Shown here in pieces: positions 17,580 to 28,283 of a DNA stretch of 64,000 nt. The notes beneath the pieces were generated by a model. It had not been told where the DNA came from, searched no databases, and saw only the letters and a program-made list of their open reading frames with translations. Source of the stretch: an uncultured Acidobacteriota bacterium (lineage in GTDB: Bacteria > Acidobacteriota > Vicinamibacteria > Vicinamibacterales > UBA2999). The DNA lies in NCBI GenBank assembly GCA_963807405.1, contig CAWEBU010000006.1:1383733-1447732 (forward strand), given 5' to 3'. Both the position numbers and the translations under genes were made by a program. Within the stretch, counting starts at the first letter, position 1. The number at the start of each line of letters is the position of its first letter.

Positions 17580-20500
17580 CTAGAACGAGTACTTGACCGC
17601 CAGCTGGATGATGCGGCCGTCCTCGGCGGTCGTGATCTGGCCAAACGGCGTCGTGCCGAAAGTGCCGCTGGGGTTGCTGAAGCGGGCCTGGTTCCAGAGG
17701 TTGAAGGCTTCGACCCGGGCCTGCACACGGTGCCGGCCGGCGAAGTGGAAGTTCTTGAAGACCGACAGGTCGGTGCGCTGGAACCCGGGGCCCCGCACGC
17801 TGTTGCGGCCGGCGTTGCCCGGACGCTCGCCCGAGGCCGCCAGGCTGCGCGCCACGAAGCAGCTCGTGTCGAACCACTGCGCCGTCGTGCGCGGTCCGTT
17901 GTTCGGATCGCACGTCACGTCGGGGCGCTGCGTCTGGTAGCGGATGTCGAGCACACCACCCTGATTGACCGAGAACGGGAAACCCGTCTGCGCCTGGTAG
18001 ATGCCGTTCAGCTGCCAGCCGCCGGCAATCGCCCGCAGCGCCACCGGCTTGTCCTCGAGGCGCGGCAGTTCGTAGCCGAAGCTCAGCACGAAGCGATGAC
18101 GCGCGTCGAACAGCGCCGGCCCCTTCTCGGCCGCCAGGGCGGCGTCGATGCTCGCGTCGTCGCCCTGCTGCACCGGCAGCACGGGACGCGACTCGCCGCC
18201 GATGTTCAGGCCTGACACGTGGTCGGTGGCCTTGCCGAGCGTGTACGACGCCAGCATGTTGAAGCCGCGCGTCGGCAGCAGCCGCACGCTCGTCTGCAGC
18301 GAGTCGAACCAGGACTGCGCCACCGAGAAGGTCGGCCGCACCAGCGCGAAGGCCGGCATGATCCGTGCGCCGCGTGTCGTCTGCCCCGGCGTGTAGACGC
18401 CCGGGTTGATCTCGAGGAACATCGGCAGGTTGTAGCCGCGCGAGCCGACGTAGGCGACCTCGGCGCCGATCTTGCCGGCGAACTGGCGTTGCGCCCCGAC
18501 GTTGAAGTGATACGCGTAGGGCGACTTGAACTGGTCGCCCCAACCGATGATCGTCAGATTGGCCGGGAACGGGTTGGGCGGCCCGGCCACCGCCGCCAGC
18601 GGGTCGGCCAGCGTGATCGGCGTCGGCGTGTTGAGCTCGACGAGCGGCGTGAAGGGCGGCGAGAGCACGCCGCTCTGGAAGAAGTCGCCCTGGCCGGCCA
18701 GGGCATCGTAGAAGACGCCGAAGGCGCCGCGAATGCTGGTCGTGCCGTCCCCGAACGGATCCCAGGCCGCCGACAGGCGCGGGGCGAAGTTGTTCTTGTC
18801 GGTCGGCACGATGCCGCGCGGCACGCCGCTGTCGCCGGCGTAGACGAGACCCGGTCGGCGCGTTCGGATAGACGGTGGACTGCTGCCCGGTGCGGAAGCC
18901 GGTCAGGGCGTCGTTCTTGTCGATGAACGGGGTCGGCAGCTCGTAGCGCAGCCCGAGGTTGACCGTCAGCTGCGACGTGACGCGGAAGTCATCCTGGATG
19001 TAGCCGGCGAAGAGCCAGCCGTAGCCGTCCTGGATGGCCTGGGTGGTCGTGGCCCGCGCCTGTGACGGCAGGCCGAGCAGGAAGTCGGCGGCGCCGTTGC
19101 CGGTGAAGCCGCCGTTGAAGGAGAGGTCGCCGTTGGGCCGGTTGATGAACGCGATGTTCATCGCCTCGCGGCGCACGTCGACGCCGAACTTCAGCGAGTG
19201 CCGGCCGGCGATCCAGGTGACGTCGTTGGCCGCCTGCCACACGTGGTTGACGCGCTTCACGAACGGCTGCTGGGGATCGCCGAGCGCCGAGGTGCCGCCG
19301 CCGAAGAAGCCGGCGACGTTGAACGACGGCAGGCCCGCCGCCAGCGGATTGGTGTTGGCGAAGTTGATCCCGAAGGCGCGCGGATCGAGACCGCTCGTCA
19401 CCGCCGGATTGGCGCTGATGCGGTTGATCGAGACCCGCGCCTGGTTGATGACGTTGGAGGCAAAGACGTAGTTGTGCGAGACCAGTCCGTCCTGCAGGGT
19501 GGCGAGCGCCTTCTGGTCGACGGCGGCGATGACGCGCGGCGTCGTCCGCTCGGTGCCGCTCCGCATGTAGCGCACGAGCACCGACTGCTTCTCCGAGACC
19601 TGGGTGTCGAAGCGCAGGCCGAACTGGTCACGCACGTCGTTGACGGTCGGCGAGACGATGTAGCGGTTGCCGGGAGCGTTCGGCAGCGGCACGAACTCGC
19701 TCAGCAGGCGCGTGGCGACCGGGCTGATGCGGCCGGCGGGAATCGTGTTGTTCGGGAACGGCAGGCCGGTCAGCGGATCGCGGATGGTCGTCGCGCCGAA
19801 GTTGCCGGCCCGCTGCGCTGCCGACAGCACCAGCACGTTGTTGGTGATGCCGGCGTCGTTGCGGAAGCCCTCGTAGTAGCCGAACCCGAACAGCCGGTTC
19901 TTGACGACCGGACCGCCGAGCGCGGCGCCGAACTGGTTCTGCTTCAGCTCCGGCTTGGGCTGGCTCCCGGGCGCGAAGTAGTTGCGCGCCTGCAGCTTGT
20001 CGTCGCGATTGAACTCCCAGGCCGCGCCCGAGAAGGTGTTGCTGCCCGACCTGGTCACGACGTTCACGACCGACCCGGCGTTGCGGCCGTACTCGGCCCC
20101 GAAGGCGTGGGTCAGGATCTTGAACTCCTGGATGGCGTCGGGGGGCGGCCGCAGCACGAAGCCGGTGTTGAAGGTGTCGTTGTTGGTGGCGCCGTCGAGC
20201 AGGAAGTTGTTCGACTGGTTGCGCATGCCGTTGACGTTGAAGCCCCCGGTGACGTTGCCGAAGCCGCCCGGCGTCGCATCGCCGCCCTGCCCGCCGAGGC
20301 CGGTGGGTGGCGCCACCACGCCAGGGATGAGCGTGCCGAGTTGGGTGAAGTTGCGGCCGTTGAGCGGCAGGTCGACCACCTGCTGCTCGTCGATGACGAT
20401 GCCGCGGGTGGCGTTGGCCGTCTCGACCAGGTTGGCCTGCGCGGTCACGGTCACGGTCTCGCTGACCTGCCCGACTTCCATCTGGAAGGCGACGCGCGAG

Positions 20501-20805
20501 GTCTCGGTCACGGTGACGCGGACGCCTTCCTGCCGGGCCACCCGGAAGCCGGTCAACGAGGCGTTGACATCGTAGACACCGGGTTGGAGCAGCGGCACCG
20601 TGTAGAGCCCGTCGGCGCCGGTCACCGCCGTGCGCACGGCGCCGGTGGCCGTGTTGGTGGCTTCGATCGTGACGCCGGGCAGCACACCGCCCGAGGCGTC
20701 GACCACGAGGCCGTTGATCTGTCCGGTGGCCTGCGCCAGCACGGCCGTGACCGACGATGCCATCAGGCACACCGTCAGGAGTCCCATCCTCGTCATCACC
20801 TGCAT
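17580..20805 (-). pseudogene. TonB-dependent receptor with N-terminal carboxypeptidase-regulatory-like domain, disrupted by a +1 frameshift near 18853
   Basis: The N-terminal part is in frame with ORF 17542-20862 (signal peptide, GVTIEATNTATGAVRTAVTGADGLYTVP, plug region LPLNGRNFTQL). The C-terminal part is ORF 17580-18824, ending in the terminal ...VKYSF. The junction reads YPNAPTG|LVYAGDSGVPRGIVPTDKNNF once one base is removed. This may be a sequencing error. Confidence 0.85.
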
Positions 20806-20898
20806 GCTCACGACCTCCAGACTGACGACAGCAGTGAACCCGACGACGCGGCAGGTTGTCAATCATCCGCCCGGCACGGCGCGTTACACTACCGCCAC

Positions 20899-23112
20899 AT
20901 GTCGTCGCGCGTCGTGCGCTCGTGGATGGTGGTGGCGGCGCTCGTCGGCGTCGGTTCGGCCAGCGGTCAACCCCTGTCGGTGTCGTCGAGCGACGGCCGC
21001 CGCACGCTCTCCGCCGTGCGCGCCCCGGCGCCGGTCGTCATCGACGGCGTCCTCGACGACGCCGTCTGGCAGACGGCGCCGGCCGCCGACCACTTCGTGC
21101 AGTCGGACCCGCGCGAAGGCCAGCCGGCCACCGAGGCGACCGAGGTCTACGTGGCCTTCGACGACGAGTACCTCTACATCGCGGCCAGGTTGCACGACAC
21201 CGACCCGGCCGGCATCGTCGTCAACGACATCCGCAAGGACTTCGCCGGCGCCGAGCAGGACACCTTCGAGGTCCTGCTCGACACCTTCGCCGATTGGCGC
21301 AACGGCTTCATCTTCGCCACCAACCCCGGCGGCGCCCGCGCCGATACCCAGGTCGCCAACGAAGGGCGCGACGTCAACCCGAACTGGGATGCCGTGTGGT
21401 GGGTGGCGTCGGCCACCTCGAGCGACGGCTGGACGACCGAGTTCCGCATTCCCTTCAAGACCCTGCGCTTCGAGCCGGGCGACGGCCACCTGTGGGGCCT
21501 GAATTTCGCCCGCCGGATCCGGCGCAAGAACGAAGCCACCTACTGGTCACCGGTCGCCCGCGCCTTCAGCATCGTCCGCGCGTCGTCGGCCGGCACGCTG
21601 AGCGGCCTGCCGGATTTGGCGCAGGGGCGCAACATCCGCGTCAAGCCGTACCTGCTGGGCGGGGCCGTGCGCCCGCTCGGCGGCACCGGCTTCGCGCTCG
21701 ACCGCAGCGCCGGCCTCGACGTCAAGGCCGGGCTGTCGCCGTCGCTCACTCTCGATGCCACCGTCAACCCCGACTTCGCCCAGGCCGAGGCCGACGAACA
21801 GCAGGTCAACCTGACGCAGTTCAGCCTCTTCTTCCCGGAGAAGCGCGAGTTCTTCCTCGAGAACTCCGGGGTCTTCTACTTCGGGGACATCCCGCGCAAC
21901 CAGCGCCAGACGAGCCGCTTCCGCCCGCCCGAGGAAGACCTGCTGCTCTTCTTCAGCCGCCGCATCGGCCTGACCGACGGCGGTGCCCAGGTGCCGCTCT
22001 ACGGCGGGCTGCGGGTGACGGGCCGGACCGGCAAGTACGGCCTCGGCGCCCTCAGCATGCAGAGCGAAGGGACGGACGACCGCCCCGGGCAGAACTACTC
22101 GGTGGCCCGCGTGCGCCGCGATGTCTTCGGCAACGCCGACATCGGCGCCATCGTCATGTCGCGCCAGTCGTCCAGCGACGGCAACGACTACAACCGCGTG
22201 GCCGGCGTGGATGCCAACTTCCGGGTCTTCAAGAGCCTCAACCTGAACGGGTTCGCGGCCCGCTCGGAGACGCCGGGGGAAGCGCGCCGTCAGGGCACCG
22301 CCAAGGGCTCGATCGGCTGGGAGGACAGCCGGCTGCGCCTGCAGTACTCCCTGATGAACGTCGACGAAGGCTTCAAGGCCGACATGGGCTTCGTCCGGCG
22401 CACCGGCGTCCGGCGACACTTCCTGGACTGGGCGTCGTTCCTGCAGCCGGACTGGCTGCGCACCCGCGGCATCCGACAGGTGCAGCCGCATGCCCGCGCC
22501 TTCTACTACTACTCGCCGAACGGCGACCTGGCCACGCGTCAGGCTCACATGGCGGTCCAGGTGACGTGGAACAACGGCGGCCGCATCGAGTACGCCCTCG
22601 AGCCGCGCACCGAGTCGATCGCGCGCCCCTTCCTGATCCGCCCCGATGTCGCCATCCCGGCTGGCCGCTACGACTGGACCCAGCACCTGTGGGTCGTCGA
22701 GTCGGACCACAGCCGCGCGCTGTCGTTCTCGGCGCGCATCACGCACGGCGATTTCTGGCGCGGCCGCCAGAAGAACGTGCAGACGAGCGTGCTCTACCGC
22801 CCCACCTACCGGCTGTTCTTCGACGTCGGCCTGCAGGTCACCGACATCGCGCTCGACGCGCCCCAGACCTCGTTCGTGACGACGCTCGTCAACTGGCGCT
22901 CGGGCTATTCGTTCAACACCAACATGTTCCTCGATGCCCTGGTCCAGTATCGCAACGACATCCGGCAGTTCTCGTCGAACGTCCGCTTCAACCTGATCCA
23001 CCGGCCGCTCAGCGACTTCTTCCTCGTCTACAACGAACAGCAGTACACCGACGGCCGGGTGCCGGCCGGGCGCGGCCTGGTCGTCAAGTACACGCACCTG
23101 TTCGCGTTCTGA
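20899..23112 (+). CDS. DUF5916 / CBM9-like domain outer-membrane-type protein
   Basis: ATG at 20899 followed by a signal peptide (MSSRVVRSWMVVAALVGVGSASG). Contains VIDGVLDDAVWQTAPAADHFVQSDPREGQPATE..TEVYVAFDDEYLYIAARL. The C-terminus ends ...KYTHLFAF, as in a beta-barrel. The upstream part of ORF 19198-23112 is antisense to the TonB receptor. Confidence 0.8.
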   Translation: MSSRVVRSWMVVAALVGVGSASGQPLSVSSSDGRRTLSAVRAPAPVVIDGVLDDAVWQTAPAADHFVQSDPREGQPATEATEVYVAFDDEYLYIAARLHDTDPAGIVVNDIRKDFAGAEQDTFEVLLDTFADWRNGFIFATNPGGARADTQVANEGRDVNPNWDAVWWVASATSSDGWTTEFRIPFKTLRFEPGDGHLWGLNFARRIRRKNEATYWSPVARAFSIVRASSAGTLSGLPDLAQGRNIRVKPYLLGGAVRPLGGTGFALDRSAGLDVKAGLSPSLTLDATVNPDFAQAEADEQQVNLTQFSLFFPEKREFFLENSGVFYFGDIPRNQRQTSRFRPPEEDLLLFFSRRIGLTDGGAQVPLYGGLRVTGRTGKYGLGALSMQSEGTDDRPGQNYSVARVRRDVFGNADIGAIVMSRQSSSDGNDYNRVAGVDANFRVFKSLNLNGFAARSETPGEARRQGTAKGSIGWEDSRLRLQYSLMNVDEGFKADMGFVRRTGVRRHFLDWASFLQPDWLRTRGIRQVQPHARAFYYYSPNGDLATRQAHMAVQVTWNNGGRIEYALEPRTESIARPFLIRPDVAIPAGRYDWTQHLWVVESDHSRALSFSARITHGDFWRGRQKNVQTSVLYRPTYRLFFDVGLQVTDIALDAPQTSFVTTLVNWRSGYSFNTNMFLDALVQYRNDIRQFSSNVRFNLIHRPLSDFFLVYNEQQYTDGRVPAGRGLVVKYTHLFAF

Positions 23113-23155
23113 CCGTCCGCACGGCGGCGGCAACCGCGCTAGGATTGATCAGTCC

Positions 23156-23947
23156 ATGCCGTTGCCTCCTGCCCCTGCCGACACCGTCGACGCGGACGAC
23201 ACCCCGCCCGACATCGTCCTGCTCCAGGGCCCACGGGCCCGTATCCGCGAACTGGGCACGCTCGTGCGCGCCGGGCGCGACTTCATCCGCGGCTTCCGGG
23301 CGCTGCACTTCGTCGGCCCGTGCGTGACCATCTTCGGATCGGCCCGCTTCACCGAGGAACACCCCGTCTACGTGCAGGCACGTGAGATGGGCGCGGCGGT
23401 GGCGAAGCTCGGCTTCACGGTGATGACCGGCGGCGGTCCCGGGGTGATGGAAGGCGCCAATCGCGGCGCCCGCGACGTCGGCGGGCCGTCGGTGGGCTGC
23501 AACATCGAGTTGCCGTTCGAGCAGGCGCCCAACCCGTATCTCGACCGCTCGGTGACCTGCCGCTACTTCTTCGTGCGCAAGGTCCTGCTGTTCAAGTACT
23601 CCTACGCCTTCGTGGCCATGCCCGGCGGCCTGGGCACGCTCGACGAGCTGACCGAGGCGCTGACCCTCATCCAGACCGGCAAGATCCGGCAGTTCCCCGT
23701 CGTGCTCATGGACAAGGCCTACTGGGAGCCGTTCCGGGAGATGTTGCAGACGATGGTCGAGGCCGGCACCATTTCACCGGGCGACCTCGATCCCGTGCTC
23801 ATCACCGACTCGGTGGACGACGCCATCGACCACATCAAGCACCATGCCGTCCGCGGCTTCGGGCTGACCGCCGCCGGACGGCCGTCGGCGTGGCGGGTCC
23901 TCGGCGAGCGGGCGCTCGGCAGCTCGCGCTTCGGGCCGACCGGCTGA
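23156..23947 (+). CDS. LOG family (TIGR00730) nucleotide 5'-monophosphate nucleosidase
   Basis: 263 aa with VTIFGSARF, TGGGPGVMEGANRGA and the PGGLGTLDELTEAL (PGGxGTxxE) motif. Confidence 0.88.
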   Translation: MPLPPAPADTVDADDTPPDIVLLQGPRARIRELGTLVRAGRDFIRGFRALHFVGPCVTIFGSARFTEEHPVYVQAREMGAAVAKLGFTVMTGGGPGVMEGANRGARDVGGPSVGCNIELPFEQAPNPYLDRSVTCRYFFVRKVLLFKYSYAFVAMPGGLGTLDELTEALTLIQTGKIRQFPVVLMDKAYWEPFREMLQTMVEAGTISPGDLDPVLITDSVDDAIDHIKHHAVRGFGLTAAGRPSAWRVLGERALGSSRFGPTG

Positions 23948-23972
23948 TCGGCCACGGTGCGGCCGCGGTGGC

Positions 23973-24386
23973 TCAGCGGATGGCCGGGCTGACCGCGGCC
24001 ATCGCCGCCGCCGTCGCCGCCGTCAGCACGGCTCCCCAGCACATGTCGACGACCGTCATGCGCAGGGAGTACTGCGTCAGCGTGGCGTAGTTGGTGAGGT
24101 CGTAGACGCCGTAGCTGATGAAGCCGAACAGCCCGCCCCACAGCGCCGCGCTCAGCGGCTGACCGGCCGCCGCCCTCGGCAGCACGAACAGCTGCACCCC
24201 CAGGATGATGAGCGGGTAGAGCACCATTGCCGGCCCGAACCGGATGGCGAGGTTGTCGCCATCCATGCGCACGATCCCGGCCAGCTCCTGCTTGTAGAAC
24301 TGGTTGGCCAGGATGCCGATCCAGAGGAAATCGAGGGCCAGGAAGGTCACGAGGCCAGCGGCGAACGGTTTGAGGAGGTCGACCAT
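23973..24386 (-). CDS. small membrane protein (DUF2177-like)
   Basis: 137-aa C-terminal part of ORF 23973-25334, starting at ATG 24386 (MVDLLKPFAAGLVTFLALDFLWIGILANQFY...), with four hydrophobic segments. The upstream part of the ORF is antisense to nadE. Confidence 0.6.
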   Translation of the reverse strand: MVDLLKPFAAGLVTFLALDFLWIGILANQFYKQELAGIVRMDGDNLAIRFGPAMVLYPLIILGVQLFVLPRAAAGQPLSAALWGGLFGFISYGVYDLTNYATLTQYSLRMTVVDMCWGAVLTAATAAAMAAVSPAIR

Positions 24387-24503
24387 TCCCCTAGGACGCT
24401 GGCGCCACCCGGCGCGGTTCCGCGCGCCCGGCACGCGCCGGCCGGCCCGCCGCCACGCCTCGCCGGCCAGGGAGAACACCTCCGCGAGGCTGTAAGCTGA
24501 GGC

Positions 24504-26402
24504 ATGCGACTCGTGAAGCTGGCGGTGTCCAGTCTGAGCCCCACCGTCGGCGCTGTCCGCTCCAATGGCGCGCGCGTGCTCGAAGCCGCTCGCGAGATGG
24601 CGCGCGACGAGGTCGCGCTCGGCGCGTTCCCCGAACAGGTCCTCGGCGGCTACCCCCCCGAAGACCTCGTGCAGTGGCGCGGCTTCCTCGACGCCCAGCG
24701 GCGGGCGCTGGAGTCGTTCGCCGCCGCGACGGCCGACCTCCCCACCGTCTACGTCCTGGGACTGGCGGTGCCGGTCGGCGCGCTGCTCTTCAACGCCGCC
24801 GCCGTCGTCCATCGCGGCACCATCCTCGGCTGCGTGCCGAAGGAGAAGCTGCCCACCTACAACGTCTTCTACGAGGCCCGCACCTTCTCGCGGGGCGGTC
24901 CCGGACTCGCGCTCGACGCCGCCGGCCTGCCACTCGGCGACTACCTGTTCCAGTTCGACTTCGGCACGATCGGCGTCGAGGTCTGCGAGGACGCCTGGGC
25001 GCCGGATGGCCCGATGCGGCGCCGCTGTCTCTCCGGCGCCGAGATCATCGTCAACGTCTCGGCCTCGCCCTACCGCATGGGCGTCGCCGCCACCCGGCGC
25101 GAGATGCTGGCCACGCGGGCGGCCGACAACCAGACGGTGCTCGTCTACGCCAATGCCGTCGGCGCCCAGGACGGCCTGATCTACGACGGCGGCGGCTTCA
25201 TCTTCCAGAACGGGCGCCTCGTCCACGAAGCCACCCGCTTCACCGAACAGACGAGCGCGGCGGTGGTGGACCTGGATTGCACGCGCCGGCTGCGACTCGA
25301 GCACACGACCTGGCGGGCCGACTGCGAGCATCACGTGCGCCGTGAGCCGGCCGTGGCCGTCGTGCGCGGCGAGGGCGCGACCGCCGACCCCAGTGGACTC
25401 CGCTATCCGGCGCCGGCCGGTGGCAGCTTCTTCCTGCCGCCCCCGTCACCGCCGCCGACCGACGCCCGCGATGACGCGCTCGACGATCTCTTCGAGGCGC
25501 TGGCGATGGGCGTCGAGAGCTACTACACGAAGACCGGCGCCTTCAGGTCGCTCGGGCTGGCGCTGTCGGGCGGGCGCGACTCGATGCTGACGCTGCTCGT
25601 GGCCTGGCGCGCCGCGGCCCGCATCCTCGGCAAGGCGGCGGTCGCCGATCCGGGAGCCGCCGGCGCCCTCATCACCGCCTTCTACATGCCGACCCGCCAT
25701 TCGCAGGCCCCGACCCGCGAGGCCGCGCACGAGCTGGCTTCCGCCCTCGGCGTGGCGCTGCACACCATTCCGCTCGACGAGGCCTACGACCGCGAGGTCG
25801 CGGCCACCACCCAGATGCTGGGTGGCCAGCCGCCGGGCGACCTGACGCGTCAGAACGTCCAGGCGCGATTGCGCGGACAGCGGATGTGGAACTGGGCCAA
25901 CAGCTCCGGCGCGCTCTTCCTCCAGACCGGGGACATGAGCGAGAAGGCGGTCGGCTACACGACCATCGGGGGCGACCTCGAAGGGTCGCTGTCGGTGATT
26001 GCCAACGTGCCGAAGACGGTCGTCGAGGCGCTGCTGCACCGCCTCCACGTGCGGTTCGGCTTCGCCGGCATCGCCGCCACCCTCGCCACGCTGCCCGGCC
26101 CCGAACTGGCCGACCAGCAGGTGGCCGAAGAGGAGCTGATGCCCTTCCCCGTCCTCGACGCCTGCCTGCACCTCTACGCCGGCGAAAAGCTGTCGCCGGC
26201 CGAGGTGGGCGTGGCCCTGACCAGCGTCTGCCCGGGCTACGAGGCGGCCTACCTCAGCCGCTGCGCCGAGCGCTTCGCGACCCTGTTCACGCAGTCGATC
26301 TACAAGTGGGTGCAGTCGCCGCTGACGCTGCACGTCGGCTCGCTCGACCTCGACCGCGAGCGCGCCCTGCAGATGCCGGTCGTCCAGCGGACGGAGTGGT
26401 GA
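24504..26402 (+). CDS. nadE: glutamine-dependent NAD+ synthetase
   Basis: 632 aa. N-terminal CN-hydrolase domain (FPEQVLGGYPPEDL..., IGVEVCEDAW). C-terminal NAD synthase domain (LGLALSGGRDS P-loop-like SGGxDS motif). Confidence 0.92.
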   Translation: MRLVKLAVSSLSPTVGAVRSNGARVLEAAREMARDEVALGAFPEQVLGGYPPEDLVQWRGFLDAQRRALESFAAATADLPTVYVLGLAVPVGALLFNAAAVVHRGTILGCVPKEKLPTYNVFYEARTFSRGGPGLALDAAGLPLGDYLFQFDFGTIGVEVCEDAWAPDGPMRRRCLSGAEIIVNVSASPYRMGVAATRREMLATRAADNQTVLVYANAVGAQDGLIYDGGGFIFQNGRLVHEATRFTEQTSAAVVDLDCTRRLRLEHTTWRADCEHHVRREPAVAVVRGEGATADPSGLRYPAPAGGSFFLPPPSPPPTDARDDALDDLFEALAMGVESYYTKTGAFRSLGLALSGGRDSMLTLLVAWRAAARILGKAAVADPGAAGALITAFYMPTRHSQAPTREAAHELASALGVALHTIPLDEAYDREVAATTQMLGGQPPGDLTRQNVQARLRGQRMWNWANSSGALFLQTGDMSEKAVGYTTIGGDLEGSLSVIANVPKTVVEALLHRLHVRFGFAGIAATLATLPGPELADQQVAEEELMPFPVLDACLHLYAGEKLSPAEVGVALTSVCPGYEAAYLSRCAERFATLFTQSIYKWVQSPLTLHVGSLDLDRERALQMPVVQRTEW

Positions 26403-26406
26403 CGGG

Positions 26407-28266
26407 ATGACGCGTGACACGCGACGATGGACGACGGCCGGCCTGCTGATCGCGGCGGCCGTCGCCGTCGCCACCGCGCGGCCGCGGCTCGACGCTTCGG
26501 CGACGCCGGCGCCGCAGACCGCCGCGGCGCAGCCGCCGGCGCCCGACGAGACGCAGCCGGTCTTCCGTTCCGGCGTGAAGCTCGTGCTGGTGGACGTCTC
26601 GGTCACCGGCAACGGCGACGAGCCGATCACCGACCTCGGCCCGGCTGATTTCGAGCTGACCGAGGACGGCGTGCCGCAGAAAGTCGAACAGGTGACGCTC
26701 GTGCGCCTCGACGGCGCCGCGCGCGACAACGGCGAGGCGCTCGAGATCCGGTCGCCCGAACACGCCATCGCCGAAGCCGGCCGCGATGACGTGCGGCTGT
26801 TCGCGGTGTTCATGGACGACTATCACCTCGGGCGGTTCCCGCAGGAGATGCTGCCGCTGCGCAAGGGACTCGCCGACTTCCTCGGCATGATGGGTCCGCT
26901 CGACCTGGTCACGGTGATGAACCCGATCACCCCGCTGAGCGGCCTCGAGTGGACACGCGACAAGGCCGAGCTCTCGCGCGAGATCAGGAACTACGAGGGC
27001 CGCGACGACAACTTCGTCGGCCGCAGTGCGCTCGAGGAATCGCAGGCCTTCTCGCGCAACATCGCCCGCGTGCGCTCGCAGGTGGTCATCACCGCGCTGC
27101 AGTCGCTCGTCATGCACCTGTCGGGCCTGCGCGAGGGCCGCAAGACGATCCTCTTCGTCTCGCGCGGCATCCCGCTGCTCTTCGACGTCTCGCTCGAGCC
27201 GGATTTCCAGGCCGTGCTCCGCGAGGCCAACCGCGGCAACGTCATCATCCACACGCTCGATCCGCGCGGGCTCGGCCAGGGGACGTTCGTGCACACCACG
27301 CTGTTCCGGCTGGCCAGCGAAACCGGCGGCCATGCCATCGTCAACACCAACGACCTCACGAAGGGGCTCGAGAAGGTGGTGCGTGACGCCAGCCACTACT
27401 ACCTGCTCGGCTATGCCCCGACGCGCGACCTCAACGACGGCAAGTTCCACCGCATCTCGGTCAAGGTGAACCGCAAGGGGGCGCGCACGGTGGCCCGCCG
27501 CGGCTACTGGGCGCCGTCGGCCGAGGAGATGAATCCGGTGGTGGCCCCGCCGCTCGAACCCGCCGTGTCGAGGGCGCTCGACAATCTCCAGTCGCGCCGC
27601 GAGGACCGGGTGGCGAACGTCGAAACCGGCTTCGCGCCCGGCACCAACGGACGCGTGCGCCTGTCGGCCACGTGGCGGCCGGTGCCCGGCTTCCGCAATC
27701 GCCCCGAGCGGCTGGCCATGGACGTCCGCGATCGTGACGGCGCGCCGCTGGCCGAGGCCGAGGCGGCGCTGGCGCCGGAGGGGACGGGCGTCGTGCAGGT
27801 CGAGGTGCCGGTCGGCGACGTGCTGGTGCGCTTCAGCGCCGCCACCGCCGCCGGCGAGATCGTCGACCGCTGGGAGGTGCCGCTCACCGTGCCCGACCTG
27901 AGCGGCGCCGCGCTGGCCGTGGCGACCCCGGTGTTCATCCGGGCGCTCACGACCGCCGCCTATCAGGCGCTGCGGCGCGGCGGCGATGGCCTGCCGAGCC
28001 CCGATCGCGAGTTCCGGCCCACCGACCTCATCGTCGTCCGCACCTCCGTGGCCGACGCCGCCGCTGCCCCGCCGGTGGTGGAGGCCGAGTTGCTGACGCG
28101 CCTGGGCAAGTCCCTGGCCGCGCTGCCCGCTGTGCCCGTCAACGGCCACTATCAGGTGGAGCTGCCGCTGCGCTCGCTGGCGCTCGGCGAGTACGTGCTG
28201 CGCTTCACGGCGACGCGCGGCGACACGTCGGCGGCGAGCACCGCCGGCTTCGCCATCGTCCGCTGA
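26407..28266 (+). CDS. VWA domain-containing protein (acidobacterial VWFA-related, TIGR03436-like)
   Basis: 619 aa with a signal/TM segment, then FRSGVKLVLVDVSVTGNGDEPITDLGPADFELTEDGVPQKV and VWA-like ILFVSRG...IHTLDPRGL. Confidence 0.8.
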   Translation: MTRDTRRWTTAGLLIAAAVAVATARPRLDASATPAPQTAAAQPPAPDETQPVFRSGVKLVLVDVSVTGNGDEPITDLGPADFELTEDGVPQKVEQVTLVRLDGAARDNGEALEIRSPEHAIAEAGRDDVRLFAVFMDDYHLGRFPQEMLPLRKGLADFLGMMGPLDLVTVMNPITPLSGLEWTRDKAELSREIRNYEGRDDNFVGRSALEESQAFSRNIARVRSQVVITALQSLVMHLSGLREGRKTILFVSRGIPLLFDVSLEPDFQAVLREANRGNVIIHTLDPRGLGQGTFVHTTLFRLASETGGHAIVNTNDLTKGLEKVVRDASHYYLLGYAPTRDLNDGKFHRISVKVNRKGARTVARRGYWAPSAEEMNPVVAPPLEPAVSRALDNLQSRREDRVANVETGFAPGTNGRVRLSATWRPVPGFRNRPERLAMDVRDRDGAPLAEAEAALAPEGTGVVQVEVPVGDVLVRFSAATAAGEIVDRWEVPLTVPDLSGAALAVATPVFIRALTTAAYQALRRGGDGLPSPDREFRPTDLIVVRTSVADAAAAPPVVEAELLTRLGKSLAALPAVPVNGHYQVELPLRSLALGEYVLRFTATRGDTSAASTAGFAIVR

Positions 28267-28283
28267 GGCGCGGACACCGAATC

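Noticed and set aside
19198-20898. N-terminal 567 codons of the 1304-aa plus-strand ORF.
   Set aside because: This part is antisense to the TonB-dependent receptor. The recognisable protein begins at ATG 20899 with a signal peptide.
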